Assembly: GCF_036321535.1 (NCBI RefSeq)
Contig: NC_087437.1
Location: forward strand, 116,314,001 to 116,378,000
DNA from: Camelus dromedarius
Taxonomy: Eukaryota
Direction: 5' to 3'
Length of the DNA: 64,000 bases
Shown: positions 12,526-22,970 of the stretch, in pieces
Position numbering within the stretch: the first letter of the stretch is position 1
Layout: each line of letters opens with the position of its first letter
The notes under the pieces: generated by a model
What the model was told of the DNA's origin: nothing
What the model saw: the letters and a program-made list of their open reading frames with translations, nothing else
Databases searched by the model: none
Made by a program: the position numbers and the translations under genes

Positions 12526-14826
12526 TTTTAAACTTTTTTTTATTGAGTTATAGTCATTTTACAATGTTATGTCAAATTCCAGTGTAGAGCACAATTTTTC
12601 AGTTATACATGAACATACATATATTCATTGACGCATTTTTTTTCACTGTGAGCTACCACAAGATCTTGTATATATTTCCCTGTGCTATACAGTACAATCT
12701 TGTTTATCTATTCTTTATATGCTTGTCAGTATCTACAAATTTTGAACTCCCATCTGTCTCTTCCCACCCCCCACCTCCTTGGCAACCACAAGTTTGTATT
12801 CTATGTCTATGAGTCTGTTTCTATTGTGTATTTATGTTCTTTTTTTTTTTTTTAGATTTGCTTTTCTGGCTTACTTCACTTAGAATGACATTCTCCAGGA
12901 ACATCCATGTTGCTGAAAATGGCATTATGTTGCCTTTTTTATGGCTGAATAGTATTCCATTGTATAAATAAACCACCTCTTCTTTATCCAGTCATCTGTT
13001 GATGGACATTAAGGCTGTTTCCATGTCTTGGCTATTGTAAATAGTGCTGCTATGAGCATTGGGGTGCAGGTGTCATCCTGAAGTAGGGTTCCTTCTGGAT
13101 ATATGCCCAGGAGTGGAATTCCTGGGTTATATGGTAAGTCTATTCCTAGTCTTTTGAGGAATCTCCATACTGTTTTCCACAGTGGCTGCACCTAACTGCA
13201 TTCCCACCAGCAGTGTAGGAGTGTTCCCTTTTCTCCACAGCCTCTCCAGCATTTGTCATTTGTGGACTTTTGAATGATGGCCATTCTGACCGATGTGAGG
13301 TGATACCTCACTGTAGTTTTGACATGCATTTCTCTGATAATTAGTGCTATTGAGCATTTTTTCATGTGCCTATTGATTATTTGTATTTCTTCCTTGGAGA
13401 ATTGCTTGTTTAGGCCTTCTGCCCATTTTTGGATTGGGTTGTTTGTTTTTTCCTTATTAAGTCATATGAGCTTAATAAGAGTCATATGAGATCAAGCCTT
13501 TGTCTGTTTCATTTGCAAAAATTTTCTCCCATTCTGTAGGTTGTCATTTTGTTTTACTTATGATTTCCTTTGCTGTGCAGAAGCTTGTAAGTTTCATTAG
13601 GTCCCATTTGTTTATTCTTGCTTTTATTTCTATTGCTTGGGTAGCCTGTCCTAGGAGAACATTTTTGAGATGTATGTCAGATAATGTTTTGCCTATATTT
13701 TTTTCTGGGAGGTTTATTGTATCTTGTCTTATGTTTAAGTCTTTGATTCATTTTTAGTTTATTTTTGTGTATGGTGTAAGGGAGTGTTCTAGCTTCATTG
13801 CTTTACATGCTGCTATCTAGCTTTCCCAACACCATTTGCTGAAGAGACTGTCTTTATTCCATTGTATATTCTTGCCTCCTTTGTTGAAGATTAGTTGACC
13901 AAAAGTTTGTGGGTTCATTTCTGGGCTCTCTGTTCTGTTCCATTGGTCTATATGTCTGTTTCTGTACCAATACCATGCTGTCTTGATGACTGTAGCTCTG
14001 TAGTATTGTCTGAAGTCTGGAAGAGTTATTCCTCCAGCCTCTTTCTTTTTCTTCAGTGATGCTTTGGCAATTCTAGACCTTTTGTGGTTCAATATAAATT
14101 TTATAATGCTTTGTTCTAGTTCTGTGAAATATGTCCTGGGTAATTTGATAGGGATTGCATTAAATCTGTAGATTGCCTTGGGTAGTGTGACCATTTTAAC
14201 AATATTCATTCTTCCAATCCAGGAGCCTGGGATATCATTCCATTTTTTTAAGTCTTCTTTAATTTCCTTAATCAGTGTTTTATAGTTCTCCATGTATAAG
14301 TCTTTCACCCCCTTGGTTAGATTTATTCCTAGGTATTTTATTACTTTGGGTGCTATTTTAAAGGGGATTGTTTCTTTACTTTCTTTTCCTGTTGATTCAT
14401 CGTTAGTGTAAAGAAATGCAACTGATTTTTGTACGTTAATCTTGTAACCTGCTACCTTGCTGAATTCTTCAATCAGCTCTAGTAGTTTTTGTGTGGACCT
14501 TTTAGGGTTTTCTATATATAGTATCATGTCATCTGCATATAGTGACAATTTTACCTCTTCTTTTCCAATTTGGATCCCTTTTATTTCTCTCTCTTGCCTG
14601 ATTGCTGTGGCTAGGACTTCCAGGACTATGTTGAATAGGAGTTGTGATTCGGGCAGGCTTGTCTTGTTCCAGATTTTAGTGGGAAGCTTTTGAGCTTTTC
14701 ACCGTTGAGTGCTATGCTGGCTGTAGGTTTGTCATATATAGCTTTTATTCTGTTGAGATATGTTCCCTCTATACCCACTTTGGTGAGAGTTTTTATCATA
14801 ACTGGGTGTTGAATTTTATCAAATGT
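12526..14826 (-). mobile_element. 5'-truncated, relatively young LINE-1 (ORF2 RT to C-terminus, 3' UTR, poly-A)
   Basis: ORFs 14626..14835, 13817..14548 ([11 protein letters not shown] motif) and 13009..13191 (QPLWKTVWRFLK) are L1 ORF2; poly-T tail at the left end; frameshifts and stops present. Confidence 0.97.
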
Positions 14827-15845
14827 GTTTGACACCTTGATTTTAGAGCTCTGGCCCTCAGGATCACAAGAGAGTAAACTGCTGTTGTTTTATAAGAGAA
14901 TAAATGGTCGTTGCCATTGTGGGCGTTCAGAGACAGAGCTTTTCACAGAAGCCCGTGGGGAGCCCGGGAGCCAGAAGCTGTTCAGGCACAAAACCACTTC
15001 AGACATTTTAACGGCAAGGGAGAAGGAGGAAGGGGGCCTTTGAAGGTGGAGTTAACTGGAGGAGGACGCCCACCTGGTCCAGGCAGTGAGACCGCTCCGT
15101 GGTCCCTGATACGCCCTTGGAGGAGGCGTTCTGGCCCCAGCGGGCCCAGGGCAGATCTGGACCACCCTGGAGCGTTAGTACGATCTTGTGTTTTCTCACT
15201 GAGAAGAGAATCCCCCCAGCAAGTGAGCGAAGACCTGGCGTGAGCCGCTGCTGCACTATCCCAGCAGGACGAAGGCCGGTCGAGAAACCGTCAGTCGCTG
15301 ACAATTTTTGACCAAGTTAAAGCCATAAAGCCTGTTGACCCCACGAACACTTTACTATTTCCTGACAATAGTACAACGACCAAAGCTGGGATTTAACACT
15401 GCCATAATGCTTATCTAACCCACTGTCCATGTTCAAATTTTGTCAGTTTTTCAGATACTATCATCTCTGAGTGTTTTGTCTTCCCTCTGGCCCAGGATCT
15501 AGTCGAGGATCATGCATTGCATTTAGATGTCATGTTCCCTGGGGTTTTCATCGGAAACAATCCCTCAGCTCCCTTCTAAAGGAATTTTGTGACCTTCATA
15601 GTTTTGAAGCATATGTGCCAGGAATTTTGTAGACTGTTTCTCGCTTCGGATTTGTCTTATATTTCTTCATGATTAGATTCCAGTTATGTATTTTTGTCCG
15701 GAAAACCAAAGAAATTGTTGTTTTCAGGGCGTCGTGATAGGAGGCACATGGTGTTAGCCTGTCCCAATGTAATTCCTGCAAACTTTCGTCACTTGATACG
15801 AGGGTGCACCCTGATTAATCCTAAGCTACTGTTTCCCTCTGCCTA

Positions 15846-17165
15846 GAAATTCTGAACGCGTGTAGAGACCTGGACTCCACACGTCAGATGCGCGAACTCT
15901 GCAAGAAGATGGCCCAAGACGCAGGCGAGGAATTGGAGAGAACCACCTCCTACAACCTCAAGGAGATCCGCTTCCAAGAGAAAAGAGCTGAGGAAAGCTG
16001 GCTGGCAGTGGCAAAGCTTCAGGAGCTGCGACAGGAGAGTGACCGCACCCGGCAGATGCTGGCCCAGGTCGAGTCCAACGTCCAGCCTCCCCCCAGGGGC
16101 CCTGGTGCTCCTGCTGCTCCGCCCGCAGCCCCCAGGGGCCCAGCAGTGTCGGGGGGGGGGGCCCTGGGCCATCAGGCCCCCCGGGAAGGAGGAGGGCACC
16201 ACGGTGAGGGAGCAGGGCCCTGCGGTCACCTGCAGGTGTGACTCAGCTCACAGCAGCCGGTCCAGACGCTCACAACCACAGCACAACATCCGCACGTGTG
16301 CTCTCTTTTGAAAGTAATTTTGATTTTTCTCTTTATATTTAGCTACTATAACTTAATTGTTCTTTTCTAAGTAGATAAAACATAATTTATAAGATTTTCT
16401 CAAATTTTCATTTCCATCTGCATGTATTTCTGTTGAAGGGATTTCGTTTGTTCCTTCCTTAGTTAAGCTACTATTGCTAAATTGATGCCACAATTACTCT
16501 TATTAGAATAGCATGAAAACTCTATGGTAGTGTTATTTAAATGTAGACCCAACAGTATAATTCTCATGGACACATAATAAGAAGTATTTTATTTTGATTT
16601 GAGTTGAATGCCCACGATGACTTGAAGCATCCATTAAGTCTGACATGAATGGAAAAGTTGAACACAATAAAGACCATTTCTGTATGCAATGGCTAGTTTT
16701 ACAAAACTGAGGAGGTAATTTAACACTTACCTTAGTCAACTTCTGTTGATTTTAAAAAATGTAAAAACAAACAAAAAAAAACAAAACAAAAATGTTAACA
16801 AAATAGCACCACATTCCAACTAGGTAATCTTTGTTAGTGTACGCCTAAATTCACAGTTTAGTCCTAAATTCATCGGATTAGATTAATCCTAAACTCACAG
16901 ATTGGAGTACTTAAGATTTTGCAGCCATGTCTTTCTGTTTTGTAATTTTTTTTCTTAACTGTTGTTATTTTGTTAAAAAGTTTTCTCTTTTTTTACATTT
17001 CTAAAATTTATGAAGTCAAAATTAAAAAGTGTTCTCTTGATGGCAAACACACACACGCCAACCACAGTACAGATACTCAGCCTATTCAGTTGCTTTGTGG
17101 GTAGCTGAAAATGTAAAGTTAGAGTTTCATTTTTTTTAAGTGATTAAATAAATGTTGAAAATAAA
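15846..17165 (+). pseudogene. MIA2/cTAGE5-like (cTAGE family) retrocopy fragment; open frame 15846-16241 plus 3' UTR-like tail
   Basis: ORF 15888..16241 (MAQDAGEELERTTSYNLKEIRFQEKRAEESWLA..LRQESDRTRQML) resembles the cTAGE5 coiled coil as I recall it (AKDLEEELERTIHSYQGQIISHEKKAHDNWLA..LRKENAHNRQKL). The downstream 'aaccacagca..gctctcttttgaaagtaattttga' resembles the cTAGE5 stop region and 3' UTR. No introns; AATAAA near 17147-17165. Right boundary approximate. Confidence 0.72.
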
Positions 17166-20100
17166 AATGGTGTTGTTTTGGTATATAATTTGTATATAGA
17201 CAAAAGAGTCATAGATCATATCGACAGAAAATGAGAGGTACCTGATGATTCAGTAAGGGTCCAACTAGAACCCTTCATCCAAACGGTGCAGCCGAGGGCG
17301 CTGAGATGCAGGCAGTCACCTGAGCTGCATCAGGGATGTGGGGGGACCGAGGAAGAGGGCTCTGAGGTGCCGGCAGTAAGGAAGCTCTTCTTACTGCTGG
17401 GTCTGGAGGATGAGGGGCGAAGACGGCATCTGAGCGCAGCGAGGGGCCGTCAGGGGGACAGGGAAACCTTCCCTGCCTCTGTCCTGTCCCTCCTTTTACT
17501 GCTGGAGCAAAAGGCAGCCACCCAGGGGACCCGGGGAGGGCAGGCAGGAGTCAGCCTCCGGTGCAGAGCAGCCCAGAAAAGGCCCATAGAACCTGGAGAA
17601 CGACCAGCACACTTGACTCTATTTGATCCAATGTGTGTGTGTGTCTATTGCCTTCATTCACATCCACTTATTTAGTATGTTTGGAGTGTCTGTGACCTTT
17701 GACAACGTATAGGTGTTGGAGTGATGGAAAAAGGCAGCCAGGTGAGGCCTGTGGCCCCCTCCCCATGGACCCGGGGAGGGACGAGTTCAGAGAATAAAGA
17801 AAAAGAGACAAAGGATGGCAATCTCTGCTCTGCAGACAGCTCCAGTGGGTGACGTGCAACGTGCGAAACCAGGAGGTGGTATTTATGCTGAGATTTTAAA
17901 AGGGAAGAGGAGTTGGCCTGGGAAAGTCAGGGGGCAGAATATTCCAGGCAGAGAGGACAGGAGTATAGAGACCTGAGAACTGGGTTTCTGGGCAGGGAAA
18001 TGGGGCAAAGAGGACGGGGAGGGGGAGAGGGGGCGGGGAGCAGGCCCGCTGCACAGACATCTCTCTAGCGCAGGGTAGGGACACCAGGGGAGGGTGCAGA
18101 CCTGGGGGAGAGGGCTGGAGGCCGAGGACATGGAGTGATGTGTATCCTACACAGGTCTCTGTGGGCGGGGAGAGAGCAGAAGGTGGGGTGGGGGAGGGGG
18201 GAGTTTGGTGGAGGGGCTCACAGGGGTCTGTGTGGAGCACTGGGGGCTGCGCCGGGGGGTGAAACACAGATCCAGGAGAACACATAGACCGTGTGCAGGT
18301 GACTGGAGGGTCAGAGAAGAAGACTGAGGAACGACTCCTAGACTTTTCTAAGAACCCTGTGTATTTTTGTTCTACTTGAAGGAACTTTTAACAACTCTCA
18401 TCAGAGGAAGTCTGAAAAAATCCAGCCAAGCGTCCCTGAGTGACACCCCGTGAAAGCCTACGTCTCTGGGGCACAGAGGGTTGAGCAGGCGAGCACTTGG
18501 GCTCCCCAGGTGTCTGCCATCCCTGACGGCCCTCGGGATCAGTGGTCTCACCCCTGGGGGTCCCACCACAGGGACTCCAAGGGCAGGTACGGGAGGGGCT
18601 GGAGGGGAGGGGGAGGATTCCCAAGTGTGAGGCGCTGTCTACCCGAGTGGAGCTGTGAGGACGCTACTCGTGGGGAGACCAAGGTGAACCCTAGGTTTCC
18701 TCCAGCAGGGTGTGCGGGCTGTGGAGAGACGGACTCAGGGCCCAGGAGTGCTGGTGAAGGAGGCCTACACACTCACTGTTGGCTCTGCACTGGCGCCCAG
18801 ACTGCCTGCAGCAACCTCGGGTGAGGTGGGAGTTCAGGGAGGGCTCCCTGGGGGAGGTGGCCCTGAGCTGAGTACTGAAGCACCAGCAGGAGTTCTCTAC
18901 AGGGCTTTCCACACTTGGAGGGGCCTGCGAACCCCTTGGAGGTCTTGTCACAAAGCAGATTCTGATTCATCAGGTCTCGGTCGGCCTGTGTCCGCGCTGG
19001 CACTGGACCTGAGCCAGCAAGGGTCTTTCGCTGGTTATGGGGGAGGAGCAGGGGGAGTGGAAGCGGGCAGAGGCATTTCTGGCTGAAGGCACAGCGCAGG
19101 CGAAAAGGCAAGGACCTAGAGCAGCCCGGGCTGAGTGAACAGGAGCGTCTGTGCAGTTAGCTCTCTGGGGCCAGAAACTGAAAGCCAGGAGGGCAGGCCC
19201 AGAGGGCAGAGCAGGTGTGTCTCCTGCGCACACACGGTTCCCACCTGTCCCGTCACTGCTCCCTCTACCTTGTTGTCCCTGGAAGTCCCCTGTTTCAGAG
19301 GAGCACAAGGAACCACAGAGGCCCCTTGGGGGGCCCGCCCTAGACCTGTTTTGCAAGACAAAAGGCTCTTTAACCAGGGGAAGAGTCTATGGCTTCGGAC
19401 CACAAACACGAGCTCGTCTGTCCGTGAGTGGGGTGTCTGACAGCTCAGCTGTCTGTGCGGCTAGTGGACACCTCAAATGCAAACACATCTTACGTGTAAG
19501 TGTTTGGTGACTAATACAGAAATTTACCCACTTGTGAAGAGAAGTAGAAGTGAAAGAATATGTATTGCTCTGTCTCCACCTCCAGCGAGGGTTTAGAGAG
19601 AGATGTATTTAATATATGGTGCTTTAAAAGCGTCACAACATCTGTACGCTTTGTCATTTCAACCTACAAAGTTCTCAAGCGACAGCTACCCCAGGCACAA
19701 ATTTCCAAGACAGTGGCCAAGAAGGCTGTGTGTTCTTTCTCAGGGTTAAACTGGTGAGACTTTTATTTTGTTCATTCATGCATTCACTCATTCACCTTAC
19801 AATGATTTACATATTTATTAATAACAATTAATTACAGTTTATTGCAGACCTAGAAGGATCACAGCATCAGAAAGAACATGAAATTTAAAAAGAGATGAGT
19901 GCAGAGTCACAGCAGGAAAAGTCACCCATTAGCCTGCTCCCCGTGAGCCTCGGGGCAGGACGGAGACCTCCAGCTCGCCCTCGGACCTGCACAGAGGCTC
20001 TTCTCAGGGAGGCTTCCATTCTGAGCCCGCAGCCACCTCCTCCTCAGCTGGACACAGCTGGAGAGGTCGGTCTGCAGAGGCCAGAGGCACAGGACTGACC

Positions 20101-20449
20101 TCGGGCAACTGCCTTAACCCCAAGAAGGCTCAGTTTATATAACTGAGAAGTGAGAACAATTGTGCCTTGGCGGGGTTGCCACCCGAGTGAGAAACCACAC
20201 TCGTGCTGTGACCAGGATGTCAGCTCTCAGAGAAGGGTGACTCTCAGAGGCAGGCCGAGCCTTCGTGGAGCCCGGGGCAAAAGGAGAAGTCAGTCATGCC
20301 CTTTCTCTTTATCTAAAATTTGGCTATTGTTCCTCGTGGATTTTTCTCCTTTAATTTGGATTTTTTAAAAATACACTGCCTTCAAGGATTATTTGGTTAC
20401 TGGATTTTGAGAGCCTTTTTTGGGCACTCTTGAAATTGTTTTATCAAAA

Positions 20450-21050
20450 AATATATAAACCATTTTAACTATGTTTAAGTTAATAGTTACCATTTTAACT
20501 ATTTTAAATGTAAAGTTCACTGGCATTAAAGGTAATTTGAGTGTAAAATTCACCCCCACGGTCATACAACTATCTCCACAATCCGTCTCCAGGACTTTCT
20601 CATCTTCCCAAACTGAACCCTGTCCCCATTAAACACTGACTCCTCAGCCCTTTAAAACCTCTATTCTAATTTTCATATATATATATATTTTTATAATTGG
20701 AGTATGGCCGGTGTACAACGCTGCGTCAGTTTCAGGTGCACAGCACAACGCGTCAGTCTTTCATGGACGTGCATGTATTCGTTTCATGCTCTCCTTCACC
20801 GTAAGTTACTGCAGGGTATTGAATACAGTTCCCCGGGCTGCACAGCGTGAACTTGATGTTCATCTGTTTGTCTACCTTCTGTCTCCATGACTGACTACCT
20901 AGGTACCTCCTTGAAGTGAACATACAGTATCTCTCCTTCTGTGACTGGTCTATTTGGCTCAGCATGTTTTCAAAGTTCCTGTTGTAACATGTGTCAGAAT
21001 TTCATTATTTTTAAAACCTGAATAATGTTCCATCGTATGGATAGACCACA
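20450..21050 (-). mobile_element. Older L1 3' UTR fragment with a nested younger L1 tail (about 20690-20870)
   Basis: Typical L1M 3' UTR phrases (catcttcccaaactgaac, tgaataatgttccatcgtatggatagaccaca) interrupted by an artiodactyl-type L1 tail. Confidence 0.7.
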
Positions 21051-21079
21051 AACAGGTCAATTAATTTACTCAAGGTCAG

Positions 21080-21415
21080 CCACGCACCCAGGATCCGCAC
21101 CAACCCTAATTTCCAATGTGATGGCCTTTGGGGATGGAGCCTTTGGGAGATAATTAGAGCATGAGGGTGGAACCCTCACGATGGAGTTAATTCATTTCAA
21201 AGAAGAAACGAGAGAGAGCTTGCTTCCTCTCTGCCGCGTGAGGACACAACAGGAAGACCGCCACCTGTAAATCAGGAAGAGGGTCCTCACGAAGAACCCA
21301 GCCACGCTGGCACCCTCCCCTCGGACTTTCAGCCCCAAGAACGATGAGAAATCAGTGTTTGCTGTTTCAGCCACTCAGCCTGCAGTAATTTGTGACAGCA
21401 GCCCAAACTGAGATA
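21080..21415 (+). mobile_element. MaLR LTR (MLT1A-like)
   Basis: gcctttgggagataattag...ccagccacgctggcaccct...gtaatttgtgacagcagcccaaactgagata. Confidence 0.8.
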
Positions 21416-21807
21416 CCAGCTACGTAAGAAATGGCTTTGCTTGTCTTGAAGCTTGTTTCCTTATCTATCAAATGAGATAACCACATCTGCTCAGTTTGGG
21501 GGATGGTGAAATGAGATGAAATATATCAAGTCCTGGGTACACTGATGCCCTCAGTTTATAGAGCATGACCCTGGCATGACACAAGGGTTTGAGACGTTGC
21601 CATGAGCTGGATGGCACACCTGCATTCACTGTCTAAACCCAAGAAGACTTCTCCTTGAAGCATCCCCATCATGGGCCGTTTACAACCGGCAGGATTCCAG
21701 TCTTGGCTCATCAGAGTCTGAACTTCCTAAGACACTTTCCCTAAGCCACTCTCCTAAAGGTAAATAGCCCCGAAGCAGGTAGTTTTAACCCTTCCTCTGT
21801 TCTTCTT

Positions 21808-21960
21808 TACTGGGAAGGGTAGCTTTGCTATAATAATCTGCATACTCTCTGTGTATATCTGAGGACTTGAATTAAAATGAGTTTAAGTTATTTTCCCAAG
21901 ACATTTATACCAAACATCCTTCCTGAAACAAGGAGGTCAATTTCTAGATCAGTTGCTTTT
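21808..21960 (+). repeat. 153-bp direct repeat, copy 2
   Basis: Aligns without gaps to 12373-12525. Confidence 0.95.
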
Positions 21961-21982
21961 AATATTTAAACTTTGGGGATTT

Positions 21983-22210
21983 TTAATTTTTTTAAATTTT
22001 TTTTCTTTTTTTACTTTTAATTTTTAAAAATTAAAAAAATTTATTGAAGTAGAGTGGGTTTACAAGGTTGTGCTGCTTTCTGGTGTGCAGCATAGTGGTT
22101 CAGTTATACATAAGTATAGGTTTATCTATTTTCATATTCTTTTTCATTATAGACTATAAGAAGGTATTGAATTTAGTTCCCTGTGCTGTGCAGTGGGACC
22201 TTACTGTTTA
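21983..22210 (-). mobile_element. Short L1 3'-end insertion with a 16-bp TSD
   Basis: T-rich tail then L1 3' UTR; flanked by taaactttgg(g/a)gattt at 21967-21982 and 22211-22226. Confidence 0.85.
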
Positions 22211-22771
22211 TAAACTTTGGAGATTTGGTGAAAGCAATGGGCCATCTCACCAGAAAAATTCACAAATGCAAAAAATTTTGCTATGCAGTTTAGAGGGTAG
22301 CTAGCCCCAGCTAAGGATCTCTGCTCTGTGAATTAAAATACTTAAAATCATCTGCATTTTCTTAGGGTATGAGGACCACCATGACATTGGCATGACATTG
22401 GCATGGCATGGCCCAGTGCTGACCTCTGGTGGCATGAAAATAACAATGCAGACTCTTCCAAAGAGACTGCATTTAGACGAATAGGAAAATTCTTCCCTTC
22501 TGGTTACAATTCCCTCATTTCCCTTTGGGTGACAACTCCTCCTTAACCATCAAAGGCTGGAGTGTGATTGACCCAACCCCAACTCGATGGCACATGAGTG
22601 ATTCAGGCTGGCCAATCAGTGTATTCCATTTCTCTGGCTACAGTGATGGGCTCAGGGAAGGGCATGGGACCAAAGTCCAGGAGGGAGGCTTAATTCCAAG
22701 TCTCCTCTTCACACTGTTGGGAAAAAGAGATGCTTTTTCACCTGGAGCGGCTGAAAGGCCATCATGTAGCT

Positions 22772-22970
22772 GGTGATTCTCAACCAGGGGTGCTCCTCAA
22801 GGGGTGTTTGGGAAAACCTGGGTAACGTTTCTGAGCTGTCATGTCCGGGACGACTGGCATGCTGGTGGGTAGAGGCCAGGGATGCTGCAGGGCATCTTAC
22901 AGTGCACAGGGCAGCCCCACAGCCATCATTCGGCCCCAAATGCCAATAGCGCTGATGTTGAGAGATTGTC
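22772..22970 (+). mobile_element. MER20-like hAT DNA transposon
   Basis: ttctcaaccagggg...gtagaggccagggatgctgc...ccccaaatgccaatagcgctgatgttgaga. Confidence 0.8.

Noticed and set aside
13817..14548. Stand-alone reverse transcriptase or retron-like system
   Set aside because: It is a fragment of a truncated, frameshifted L1 ORF2.
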